Assembly (NCBI GenBank): GCA_026014495.1
Contig: JAOZIF010000171.1
Span: 34,997 to 98,996 of the forward strand
Direction of reading: 5' to 3'
Source: Candidatus Bathyarchaeum sp.
GTDB taxonomy: Archaea; Thermoproteota; Bathyarchaeia; Bathyarchaeales; Bathyarchaeaceae
DNA length: 64,000 nt
The translations under genes were made by a program, and so were the position numbers. Of this stretch, positions 27,406-36,668 are shown piece by piece. Position 1 is the first letter of the stretch; each line of letters begins with the position of its first letter. The notes beneath the pieces were generated by a model. That model was not told the origin of the DNA. It did no database searches and worked only from the letters and a program-made list of their open reading frames with translations.

Positions 27406-28470
27406 ATGAGAATCCCTTTGACTAAAAAAGTTGAAGGTTTCACCGTTAAGGAAAAATCTGTTTCTCAGCTTATTTCCGAAATGGGCAAAACAGCGTATCA
27501 GGGCAGAAAACTTGCAGAAGCTGTGGACCTATGGGAAAAAATGGTGAAAGAAGACGACCTTGTAATTGTTTTGGGCTTAGCTGGTTCCATGAGCACTGCT
27601 GGACAGTGGACTCTTGTTAATTGGCTCATCAAAAATAGGTTCGTTGACGTTATTGTTTCTACAGGCGCAAACGTGTCAGAGGATATTGTTGATGCAATGG
27701 GACTTGGATATTATCAAGCCACCCAAAACATTAACGATGAAGAGCTTTTGGAAGCAGACATAAACAGATACTACGACGTTTACGGCATAGAAACAGACTA
27801 CAGAAAAATGGAAGAGCTTCTTACAGAGTTCCTGTTAACTCTGAAACCAGACAGTCCATACTCTTCCATGGAGATTTTACACTTGCTCGGTAAGTATTTG
27901 AGCAAAAAGAAGATAGAAAGCATAACTGCGACTGCCGCAGAGAATGGTGTTCCAATTTTTAGTCCTGCGTTACTTGACAGCGCGTACGGAGAAGCTGTTT
28001 TAATGGCAAAAAATGAGGGACACAACCTAATAGTGGATCAAGTTAAAGAGTTCGACCAGTTTGTTGGCATCGGCGAAAAAACCAAAGAGACTGCGGTCAT
28101 TTATGTTGGTGGTGGAGTGCCAAAAGATTTCACTCAGCTCTTAGCAATTTCGATTTCGCCAAAAACTATGGATCAGCAGATACCTGGGCGCGAAGGCAAC
28201 TGCCGTAAAAGCCTGCAGGAATACTATTATCCCCACAAATATGCCATTCAAATTACAACTGATTCGCCGCAATGGGGTGGACTATCAGGCTGTACTCTTG
28301 AGGAAGCTAAAAGTTGGGGCAAAGTTTCAGGCAAAGGAAAAGATGTTACCTGTTACTGTGATGCAACCATCGCTTTGCCTCTTATAACTCATGCACTTAA
28401 CGAACGTGTGAAAGCGGACGCACGCAAGAAACGGGCTCCAGATTTTTCATGGCTTTTCCCAAAAACTTGA
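27406..28470 (+). CDS. Deoxyhypusine synthase-family protein
   Basis: STGAN, GGGVPKDF, ITTDSPQWGGLSGCTLEEAKSWGK (catalytic Lys retained), CDATIALP. Confidence 0.88.
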   Translation: MRIPLTKKVEGFTVKEKSVSQLISEMGKTAYQGRKLAEAVDLWEKMVKEDDLVIVLGLAGSMSTAGQWTLVNWLIKNRFVDVIVSTGANVSEDIVDAMGLGYYQATQNINDEELLEADINRYYDVYGIETDYRKMEELLTEFLLTLKPDSPYSSMEILHLLGKYLSKKKIESITATAAENGVPIFSPALLDSAYGEAVLMAKNEGHNLIVDQVKEFDQFVGIGEKTKETAVIYVGGGVPKDFTQLLAISISPKTMDQQIPGREGNCRKSLQEYYYPHKYAIQITTDSPQWGGLSGCTLEEAKSWGKVSGKGKDVTCYCDATIALPLITHALNERVKADARKKRAPDFSWLFPKT

Positions 28471-28503
28471 ACAAAAAACTAATAAACCTGTGGTAGGAGG
28501 TAA

Positions 28504-29055
28504 TTGAACGAAATGATTCCAAAATATGTGTTCCTCACAAAGGGTGTAGGCAAACATAAAGACTATTTACAGTCATTTGAGTTAGCCCTAAGAAACGCTG
28601 GCATACAGGCATGCAACATAGTAACTGTTTCTAGTATACTGCCGCCAGGATGTAAAGTAATCTCAAAAGAGCAAGGTCTAAAGATGCTTCACCCGGGTGA
28701 GATAACGTTTGCCGTCATGTCAAAAAACTCTGTTCAGGAGCCGCACCGGCTAATTGCAGCGTCAATTGGTATGGCGATTCCCGCAAGCCAAAACACTTAC
28801 GGTTACCTCTCTGAGCACCACTCTTTTGGTCAAACAGCAGTAATGGCAGGAAACTATGCTGAAGACTTGGCGGCGACAATGTTGGCAACAACTATGGGTA
28901 TTCCTTTTGACTCTGAGCAAGCGTGGGACGAGAAAAAGCAGATTTTTCAAACTAGCGGATTGATAATAAAGACAAGTAACATAACACAATCGGCGAAAGG
29001 AGAAAAAACGGGTCAGTGGACAACGGTTCTCGCAGCCGCAGTTTTTGTGCCTTAA
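28504..29055 (+). CDS. pdaD: Pyruvoyl-dependent arginine decarboxylase
   Basis: [22 protein letters not shown] self-cleavage Ser-Ser, YLSEH. Confidence 0.9.
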   Translation: MNEMIPKYVFLTKGVGKHKDYLQSFELALRNAGIQACNIVTVSSILPPGCKVISKEQGLKMLHPGEITFAVMSKNSVQEPHRLIAASIGMAIPASQNTYGYLSEHHSFGQTAVMAGNYAEDLAATMLATTMGIPFDSEQAWDEKKQIFQTSGLIIKTSNITQSAKGEKTGQWTTVLAAAVFVP

Positions 29056-29239
29056 ACTTTTTAATAAATAGCATTGCTCCTTAACTAAGCTTTGCAACAA
29101 TACTTCAACAGTTTCTCTAAAACTTCTGTTACCCAAAAGTTGTCTTACGCGTCTTATTGACTACTTTTGGCCTCACCGAACTATATTTTGATGAACCGCT
29201 TTTAGAGGAATAAGCTGTACTAGAAACTGTGATGAAACT

Positions 29240-29554
29240 CTAGTAGAAGTCTTTGTCGCCTAATCTTCGTAACGTTTTGCCTTTTAGTTTCACCGCTGGT
29301 GTTATGTCTTCTTCTGGTCTTATTTCAACGGTTCTGCGTTTCACAGATTCACCGCATACGCCTTCTGGTAGCAACTGTCTCCTTGCACATGTTGCGTAGC
29401 TACAGTTTGCGATGCTACATTCCTCATCGGTCCATCTACACCAGATTCTGTTTCCTTGATAGATTACCGCTCGTTTCATACATTTAAACAAACGACATTT
29501 TGGGGAACAATATTTAGTTTCAACCAATATGTGCCACGACCTTCGTTCGAACAA
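29240..29554 (-). CDS. Cys-rich hypothetical protein
   Basis: CSPKC..FKC, C.WTDEEC...C.YA.C. Confidence 0.55.
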   Translation of the reverse strand: MFERRSWHILVETKYCSPKCRLFKCMKRAVIYQGNRIWCRWTDEECSIANCSYATCARRQLLPEGVCGESVKRRTVEIRPEEDITPAVKLKGKTLRRLGDKDFY

Positions 29555-29694
29555 AAATTCTTTTGCAGTTTACGTTATATCAGCAAATTATGCTTTAACC
29601 ACGAAGTTATAAATTTTTTGTTTTTCAAATCTACATCTAACTTGTAGTTCTTTGAAATCTGAAATAGTTAAAAAACAAGAAAAGATGTGAATTG

Positions 29695-29717
29695 TGCCCT
29701 TTTTGAGAAAAAGGGCA
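29695..29717 (-). terminator. Hairpin downstream of mer followed by a U-rich tract
   Basis: tgcccttttt-gag-aaaaagggca, perfect 10-bp stem 19 nt past the mer stop. Confidence 0.6.
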
Positions 29718-29735
29718 TTTTTTGGGTTTTGTTGT

Positions 29736-30731
29736 TTATTGTTTAAAGTTTGGAATAACCTGCTCGCTTATGAGGTCAATCGAGTTTCGCACGTTAGGTC
29801 CTATTGGTGATCCTACAACAAACTGTGTTATTCCCGATTTGAGTAGTCGCGCAATTTTTTCGTTGCAAATGTCGGGTGTGCCTGCAATAGAGAATGCTTC
29901 TATCATTTTTGGTGTTACTGAACCAAAAGCTGCTCCGAAGTCGCCTTTCTTTAAGCCTGCTCTGATGGCGTTTGCTTTTTCCATTTCTAGTCCGTGTCTT
30001 TCTAGTATAATATCTGGGCTGCCCGCAACGATAAATGCAACTACTGGTGATGCTGCCTGCATTGCTTTATCAAGCTTTTTGTGCACTGAAAAAGACGTGT
30101 ATGCTGTAACGTCTACATCTGACATGTTCTTTCCTGCTTCGTCTACACCCTTCTTTATCTGTGACACTGCATAGTCCACGTCTTTTGGATGTGAAGCGTT
30201 GATTAGAACTCCGTCACCTATTTTTCCTGCGGTGGCAAGCATCTTTGGTCCTTGGGCTCCTATGTAAACTGGAATTTGTCCTCTTGGTTTAAAGTTGAAT
30301 TTTGTGCCAGAAACTTTGAAGACATTTCCTTCATAGTTGACGCTCTTGCCTTCCAGCATCTTTTTGAAGATTGTAATCGCGTCTACAACAGCTGATAACT
30401 GTTTGTTTGCCTCTATTCCTGTGGATGCAAGGGTTGTTTTGTCTCCTGCACCCATGCCTAAAACTACTCGTCCCGGAGCTAACTCATCCAAAGTTGCCAA
30501 AGACTGGGTGGTCATTATGGGATTAACAAGGAATGGGTTGGTTACTCCTGGACCAAACACAATCTTTTTGGTGTACATCGCAGTTGCGGCGAGAGTAACG
30601 TACACGTTACGGTTGTTGTAGTGGTCAGTTATCCACAGGTTATCAAATCCTCTTTTCTCTGATTGAATTGCGTAATAGACTGTTTTCCAGTATGCTTCTT
30701 TAGGAACAAATTCTACTCCAAACTTTACCAT
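29736..30731 (-). CDS. mer: F420-dependent methylene-H4MPT reductase
   Basis: MVKFGVEFVP, WITDHYNNR, GPGVTNP, GAQGPKML, DGVLINASHP, VGSPIGP. Confidence 0.92.
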   Translation of the reverse strand: MVKFGVEFVPKEAYWKTVYYAIQSEKRGFDNLWITDHYNNRNVYVTLAATAMYTKKIVFGPGVTNPFLVNPIMTTQSLATLDELAPGRVVLGMGAGDKTTLASTGIEANKQLSAVVDAITIFKKMLEGKSVNYEGNVFKVSGTKFNFKPRGQIPVYIGAQGPKMLATAGKIGDGVLINASHPKDVDYAVSQIKKGVDEAGKNMSDVDVTAYTSFSVHKKLDKAMQAASPVVAFIVAGSPDIILERHGLEMEKANAIRAGLKKGDFGAAFGSVTPKMIEAFSIAGTPDICNEKIARLLKSGITQFVVGSPIGPNVRNSIDLISEQVIPNFKQ

Positions 30732-30747
30732 AATCAAACAACCCCTT

Positions 30748-31059
30748 CTATGCTGCTGCCTCTTTGATTGCTTTAGCAACATCAGCTAACTGCAAATCTT
30801 TTTCAACAAATTCTGTGGTCTTTTCAAGCTCAACAGTTGCAGTCGCCTCAAGGAGCACTGCAAGACCAGCTTCATCGTCGAATGTGCTTGTTTGCCATTG
30901 AGTAAGGAAGCAGTTTGCCATGCTGCTGGGCATCTTTGCCTCCTTTTTAGTTTTTAACAAGTAGTTTAGGAGTTTATCTGAAAGTGTTTCTCGTTTTTCA
31001 ACGGGAATCATCTTAACAATTTTTTTGTAAACCACAACGTACACCTCTTTCAGCACCAC
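30748..31059 (-). CDS. Small helical hypothetical protein
   Basis: 103 aa ORF co-oriented with mer. Confidence 0.55.
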   Translation of the reverse strand: MVLKEVYVVVYKKIVKMIPVEKRETLSDKLLNYLLKTKKEAKMPSSMANCFLTQWQTSTFDDEAGLAVLLEATATVELEKTTEFVEKDLQLADVAKAIKEAAA

Positions 31060-31118
31060 GTAGTTTTTATTACAACGATTTAATCTTTATCCTTCTAACA
31101 AGTTGGCAGGCTAAAATA

Positions 31119-32075
31119 TTGCAATCTTTGGTTCCTGATGAAATAATTCAAATGCTGCAGCGGCAAAAGTATCATCTGGTGGGAAGCCACTCGGCTGTAA
31201 AACGGTGTAGGTGGCTCTACAACAGTATAGTTCAGGGCAGAACCTGTTACAAGCAGAAATTTTATGGAATAAATAGTCACCAGTGCCTGCAGATGACGCC
31301 TTCAGTTTTTCATTGCACATTAGGTTGCGTTTTTTGTTGGCGCGCCCAGAGCGGAGACAACAACTTAACATGGGACGAAACCAAACTGCCCGAATGGGAT
31401 GACCCCGAAGACATAATTGATGGCTGTATCAAAGAGCAGAAGCGTATATTGACGGGGTATAAGGCAACCCCAAACGCAGACCAAACTAAGCGCTTGGAAG
31501 CGCTTACGCCAAAGCATGCAGCTATAAGCCTGACAGGAGAACCCACCATGTACCCTCATTTGGATGGCTTAATCAATGGCTTTCACAAACGAGGATTCAC
31601 TACCTTTCTTGTATCTAACGGAACTATTCCCGAAGCACTCTCAAATCTAAGTGAGGAACCCACCCAGCTTTACATATCAGTTTCAGCGTTTGCCCAGAGT
31701 GCATTCTCAAAAATTTGTCGCCCCCACGCTAAGAGTTCGTGGAAAAAACTTAATGAAACTTTAGAACTGCTTCCAAGCTTTAAATGCCCTACTGTAATCC
31801 GATTCACTTTGGCAAGGCACCTAAACCTTGAGTATCCAGAGCTCTTTGCGGAGCTGGTCAAAAAAGCAAATCCAACATACTTGGAGCCGAAGGCCTACAT
31901 GCATGTGGGCTTTTCGAGGCTGCGCCTTAACTTCAGTAACATGCCAACTCACAGCGAAATCAAAGATTTTGGCTCTAAGCTGGCAACAAAACTGGGTTAC
32001 AATATGCTTGATGAGTCTCCTGACAGCAGGGTAGTTTTGCTTAGCCGCTTGGAAAAGGCTATTAAGTTAGCCTAG
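31119..32075 (+). CDS. tyw1: 4-demethylwyosine synthase (radical SAM)
   Basis: HSAVKRC.W, CYKQKFYGI.SHQC, CTLGCVFC, ISLTGEPTMY, YLEPKAYMHVG.SR. Confidence 0.93.
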   Translation: MQSLVPDEIIQMLQRQKYHLVGSHSAVKRCRWLYNSIVQGRTCYKQKFYGINSHQCLQMTPSVFHCTLGCVFCWRAQSGDNNLTWDETKLPEWDDPEDIIDGCIKEQKRILTGYKATPNADQTKRLEALTPKHAAISLTGEPTMYPHLDGLINGFHKRGFTTFLVSNGTIPEALSNLSEEPTQLYISVSAFAQSAFSKICRPHAKSSWKKLNETLELLPSFKCPTVIRFTLARHLNLEYPELFAELVKKANPTYLEPKAYMHVGFSRLRLNFSNMPTHSEIKDFGSKLATKLGYNMLDESPDSRVVLLSRLEKAIKLA

Positions 32076-32088
32076 GCTTCATTTTGAA

Positions 32089-32766
32089 TTGTTTCTGGCT
32101 GTGAACTTTATGTCATTGAAGGAAATTCTGGAAAAGATTCAGGACGAATTGAGTGAACGCGAGCAAGTACGTGAAGAAGTTCAAAGGGACATGCGAAAGG
32201 CAACGCGTCTTTCTAAGCAAGCCATCCAAGTTACTCATCAGGAAAGATTTGATGACGCTAAAGCAATGCTTGAAGAGGCAAAGAGGCTCTTTGTTAAGCT
32301 TCGGGAAACTGCAAAAGAGTATCCATACCTGTTTTACAGTGGTTCTGTTGGAGCCGCTTTTGAAGAAAATGCTGAAGCTCACATACTGCTTACGCTGATT
32401 CAGGAAGGCAGATTTCCAAGCCCAAAAGAAATACATGTTCCTGTAACGCCTTATGCGCTGTCTTTAGGGGACGTGATTGGGGAACTCAGGCGTAGAGCCC
32501 TCGATTTGATTCGAAGAGGAAAAATTGACGAGTCTGGTAAATGCCTAGAGTGGATGGAGCACATTTACAGCGAATTGACTGCTCTGGATGACGCCTATGT
32601 AATCATTAATGGTCTTAGACGAAAAGGCGATGTTGCTAGACGACTTATTGAAATCACCCGAGGCGACCTAACCATCGAAGTTAGGCGAAGCGCCCTAGAA
32701 CGTTCAATTTCAAAGCTAGAGGAGACCCTTGAAAACAAAACTGCTGATGAAACGCCCGAAACCTAA
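32089..32766 (+). CDS. Translin/TRAX family protein
   Basis: REEVQRDMRKATRLS, EENAEA, LGDVIGELRR, LRRKGDVAR. Confidence 0.85.
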   Translation: MFLAVNFMSLKEILEKIQDELSEREQVREEVQRDMRKATRLSKQAIQVTHQERFDDAKAMLEEAKRLFVKLRETAKEYPYLFYSGSVGAAFEENAEAHILLTLIQEGRFPSPKEIHVPVTPYALSLGDVIGELRRRALDLIRRGKIDESGKCLEWMEHIYSELTALDDAYVIINGLRRKGDVARRLIEITRGDLTIEVRRSALERSISKLEETLENKTADETPET

Positions 32767-32771
32767 CCCGT

Positions 32772-33464
32772 TTGGGGTATAAATTGGAATTGTCAATAAA
32801 GCTTAACCCAAAGTTTTCTATTAAAAAAGCTCATGAACTGCAGGGTCGGCTATCAGAGAAGCTAAGTTTTGAAGATACATTGCCTGAGACCGTTGATTAC
32901 GTTGCAGGAGTCGATGTTGCATATCTAAAGGGATTATCTGTTGGTGCTGTTGTTGTCCTAGACTTTGACACCCTCTCGGTTGTTGAGTTTCAGGTTGCTC
33001 ACGTTAAAACCCGTTTTCCTTATGTGCCCACTTTGTTGTCTTTCATGGAAATTCCACCTGCATATTTGGCGATAAGAAAGCTTCACCTTGAACCAGACGT
33101 TTTTCTGGTTGATGGTCAAGGTTTTGCTCATCCTTATGGGCTGGGGTTTGCTTCCCATCTGGGTTTGATTCTGGATAAACCAACTGTTGGAGTGGCTAAA
33201 AGCCGTTTATGTGGTAAATTGGAATCGATTGGTAACCATCAACAGGTTGCACTTCTTAATGATGATGGAGTTGTCATCGGCGCGGAGGTTATAACAAAAC
33301 AGAGAACAAAACCTGTCTATGTCAGTGTTGGTAATAAAGTGTCATTGGAGCGAGCAGTAAGGCTGGTTGTGTCTTGTGCACAAAAATATCGGTTACCTGA
33401 ACCTGTTAGAATGGCACACCTAATTGCTGGTAGCGAAAAAAGGAAGCTTCAGTCTGCTCTTTGA
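32772..33464 (+). CDS. nfi: Endonuclease V
   Basis: GVDVAY, FPYVPTLLSFMEIP, VDGQGFAHP.G.GFASH, LPEPVRMAH. Confidence 0.92.
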   Translation: MGYKLELSIKLNPKFSIKKAHELQGRLSEKLSFEDTLPETVDYVAGVDVAYLKGLSVGAVVVLDFDTLSVVEFQVAHVKTRFPYVPTLLSFMEIPPAYLAIRKLHLEPDVFLVDGQGFAHPYGLGFASHLGLILDKPTVGVAKSRLCGKLESIGNHQQVALLNDDGVVIGAEVITKQRTKPVYVSVGNKVSLERAVRLVVSCAQKYRLPEPVRMAHLIAGSEKRKLQSAL

Positions 33465-33587
33465 GCACCCTATTTGTGAACCTGTTTAATGTAGACTTAC
33501 ACCTGTTTTGCTAAGTACGTTGAATGTAGAGTGTGCCTTCATAAATGATTAATTAAAAACAGCTTTTCTTTTATACTGTCTTAACAG

Positions 33588-34319
33588 GTGTTATCGTTGA
33601 CTGCAATTCCACAGGTACCCGAAAATATTGCCCGTATGAAGATTATTGTCTACAAATCTAAGGTAGACCCTGCAGTGCTAAAACAAAAAGCAGAAGAAAT
33701 GAAGAACGAACTTTTTGTTAAACGCTTTTCAAAACCTAGACCCGAAGACATACATGTTGTTTCGGTTGACAAACATTATGAACCCTACGTTTTTGTTGAC
33801 GCAAAATACAGAATCGAATACTACACCAAACAACTTTACACCATTGAAGTTGCTGACAAAATCAAAAAAGTAAAGATACTTGGAGAATCATTCGCGCCAC
33901 AAATGGTGACTGTTCCTAATTCTGAGCCTGAACAGTTCCGTAATGTTGTAAGCCTTGAAGCTCAAGAGTGGTCTTTTTATGAAGACAAAGCATACATTAT
34001 TCTTGACAAAAGTGGAAATGAGGTTTCACCTGACAAAGTTCCTATTGCTCCCTCTGAAGACAATCCTAAAAAACTCTTGAAACAGTTCTCCAAGAACACT
34101 GAAAAGGTAACAGTTTCGAATCAAGAGGTAATATTGATGGCTAAAACCAAGCTTATCAAAAGACCCTCACAAATGGACACTGTAGAAAATGAGATCTTTC
34201 AGGTCACTGAACATGCAACAATCTACAACCCAATATATATAATCACACTAAGAAACATAAAGACCAAAGAAGAAAAAACTGTCAGCATAGACGGCGTCAC
34301 CGCTGAGGTAATCACGTAA
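33588..34319 (+). CDS. Hypothetical protein
   Basis: 243 aa ORF, no recognised motif. Confidence 0.55.
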   Translation: MLSLTAIPQVPENIARMKIIVYKSKVDPAVLKQKAEEMKNELFVKRFSKPRPEDIHVVSVDKHYEPYVFVDAKYRIEYYTKQLYTIEVADKIKKVKILGESFAPQMVTVPNSEPEQFRNVVSLEAQEWSFYEDKAYIILDKSGNEVSPDKVPIAPSEDNPKKLLKQFSKNTEKVTVSNQEVILMAKTKLIKRPSQMDTVENEIFQVTEHATIYNPIYIITLRNIKTKEEKTVSIDGVTAEVIT

Positions 34320-34419
34320 AATCCTGCCGACCTTAAGAAGCCATAAACCAATCTTTTTACATGCTTATTCAAAAACTCATTTACCGAACTATTATGCTGT
34401 GGCGTACAGCTGATTTTAG

Positions 34420-34950
34420 TTAGTTTTCTGTTAATATGCAATCATCGTATTCTTTTTCAAGCTTGTTTTTGTGTCCAAGCTCTTCTTGTGCTAATCTAGA
34501 AAACGCTTCACCCATTTTTGTTCCTTTAAGCCCCATAGCTAATGTTCTGTAGTAATCGTAGGTGCTTTTTTCTCGTTTTGCAGCGTAAACCAGTATCGCC
34601 CCATAGTCTGCGTCTTTAGACAATGGGACATCCTTTAGCGTGTCAACAATCTTGAGGTCTTGAACTGCTCCACCGTGGGCACCCAGTTCATAAATCTTGG
34701 TTTTGTCTTTCATTATTGCTTCTAGTTTCTTTTTGTGCCCCGTTTCTTCTTCTACTAGTTGTTTGAGAAAAACTTTGGATGATGGATATTTTGCGTTCTT
34801 TAGTGCCATGCTATACATGGTAATGGATTGCTCTTCAACTTTTATTGCGGCCTCAATAATTTTTTTCCAATTTTGTTCAGACAAAAACACATCTCCCCTA
34901 ACTTTTTGTGTTTGTTTACAGAAAATAAACTTTTCGAAAACCGCTAACAA
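34420..34950 (-). CDS. Rubrerythrin/ferritin-like protein
   Basis: Paired EE..H motifs (EEETGH, QEELGH); start probably internal. Confidence 0.8.
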   Translation of the reverse strand: MLAVFEKFIFCKQTQKVRGDVFLSEQNWKKIIEAAIKVEEQSITMYSMALKNAKYPSSKVFLKQLVEEETGHKKKLEAIMKDKTKIYELGAHGGAVQDLKIVDTLKDVPLSKDADYGAILVYAAKREKSTYDYYRTLAMGLKGTKMGEAFSRLAQEELGHKNKLEKEYDDCILTEN

Positions 34951-35183
34951 CCAATTCTATATGTACGCTACAACAGTCATCACAATAAAACATATGTTAC
35001 CAAGGCAGGCATCTGAACGAAACAGTTCATTTTTCAGACTTTTCTTTCTTGGAGCATTTCTCGTTCACCAAATGTCTGAAATCCCCTCGTTACATTTGGT
35101 CTTTTGTCAACGCTCCATCTTCTAACTTTTTGGAGCCTATATATACCTAAAAAATTTCGCACACAAAAACAAAACATTCCTTG

Positions 35184-35660
35184 TTACTTTCCGTAACGCT
35201 CAAAGTATTCTTCAGGTGTGCGAAACAGTGACTTCACCCTATCTTTCCCCTTTCTTAAGTTGATGTTACGCAGTAGCTTACAAACATCTTTGGCATTGCT
35301 GAATCTTTCAGTTTTGCCGTCAGGACGCTTTCTTGTAACTCGGATGCAATCATCTACCATGCAGTTGGCTACGCATGCAGTGCAGTGTATGCACAGGTCT
35401 TCTACAATGCCAATTTCTCCCGCTTTCCAGTACAGAGCATTAGTGGGACAAGCTTTCACGCACAAATTACACTCTATTCCTCGACATGTTCGCATGTCAA
35501 TGCTTATGCTTCCCTCTTCAAAGCAGTCCTTGATGCCCATTGGCTCTAAAAGCTCAGCCCTTCTGCTTTTTGTTTTATCAACTTTTTTTTCTTCTTCAGG
35601 AGCTTCTTCCGAGAGGAGGTCAAAAATGTTCACACTTTGCTCCTCATCTTTTGTGGGCAT
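35184..35660 (-). CDS. 2x[4Fe-4S] dicluster ferredoxin-domain protein
   Basis: CRGIECNLCVKACP and CIHCTACVANC. Confidence 0.85.
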   Translation of the reverse strand: MPTKDEEQSVNIFDLLSEEAPEEEKKVDKTKSRRAELLEPMGIKDCFEEGSISIDMRTCRGIECNLCVKACPTNALYWKAGEIGIVEDLCIHCTACVANCMVDDCIRVTRKRPDGKTERFSNAKDVCKLLRNINLRKGKDRVKSLFRTPEEYFERYGK

Positions 35661-35760
35661 CTTTAGCTTCCTCTTAGCTTCTTACCTATTCAAAGATGTA
35701 ATCTTCCTACAAAATGTTACCTATTTATTTTGAGCAATCTTCTTAGAAACTAATACACTA

Positions 35761-36636
35761 TTGTTGCTCGTGATGAACTTGGCTGGCAGATACCTAGCTG
35801 TTGCAGTTGAAACCCGATACTGGAAACCTAGAGATGATTACGTTCAAGATATAATCAACGCTATATCTTGTATAGTGGCTGACGGCGACTTTGTAACAGT
35901 GTCTGAAAAGGCGGTTTCTACTGCTCTTGGCAATATAGTGGACGAAAAAACTGTTAAACCAAGCAGTCTGGCACGCTTCATCGCAAAATACTGGATGCAA
36001 ATTGTTTGGCCTTACATTTTAGGGCCAATATGCCACCTGAGACAGAAAACTATCGATTATCTTCGTTCATACCCGCCTGAAGAGGGAAGCCATCACAAAC
36101 AACTAGCTCTTGAGCGCGGAGGCTTTCTTCAGGCCCTGATGCATGGGTCAGAGGGCGGAATCGACGGAAGCAACATCGCCCATTCGTATGTATGTATTCC
36201 CTTAGAAAACGCCCAAGAGCTTGTAAATGAACTAAGGGAGCGAATACAAACTGAGCTTGGAAAACGTGTAACTGTTGCAATCGTGGATACAGACAAAACT
36301 TACTCACTAAAAGGCTTCCATTTTACGCCACGCCCAAAACCATTGAAAGGAATTCATTCTCTTGGAGGCGTCTTGGCATACGTTGTTGGCAGGTCTCTTA
36401 AGCTACAAAAGAGAGCCACTCCATTAGCCGTATCTGGGTCTCAATTATCAACCGAGGATGCTATTGATGTTGCTCGTATCGCTAATCGAACACGTGGAGT
36501 GGGGGCTGGGAGAACTGTTTGGGATATGGCTCAAACTTTTAACGTTAATTTGACCGATGTAACTTGGGAAATGCTCAGAAGTGTGAAACATCGTCCCGTA
36601 GTAATTATAAGACACAAAACGCACATGAGAACGTAA
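35761..36636 (+). CDS. Coenzyme F420:L-glutamate ligase-family protein
   Basis: VTVSEKAVS, GGIDGSN, VAIVDTD, RGVGAG. Confidence 0.75.
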   Translation: MLLVMNLAGRYLAVAVETRYWKPRDDYVQDIINAISCIVADGDFVTVSEKAVSTALGNIVDEKTVKPSSLARFIAKYWMQIVWPYILGPICHLRQKTIDYLRSYPPEEGSHHKQLALERGGFLQALMHGSEGGIDGSNIAHSYVCIPLENAQELVNELRERIQTELGKRVTVAIVDTDKTYSLKGFHFTPRPKPLKGIHSLGGVLAYVVGRSLKLQKRATPLAVSGSQLSTEDAIDVARIANRTRGVGAGRTVWDMAQTFNVNLTDVTWEMLRSVKHRPVVIIRHKTHMRT

Positions 36637-36668
36637 CTGTAAATTCACATGTTAAGGAGCACAGAAAA

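Noticed and set aside
29722-30621. Plus-strand ORFs of 150 and 94 aa
   Set aside because: Antisense shadows of mer; the same applies to most short ORFs overlapping confident genes
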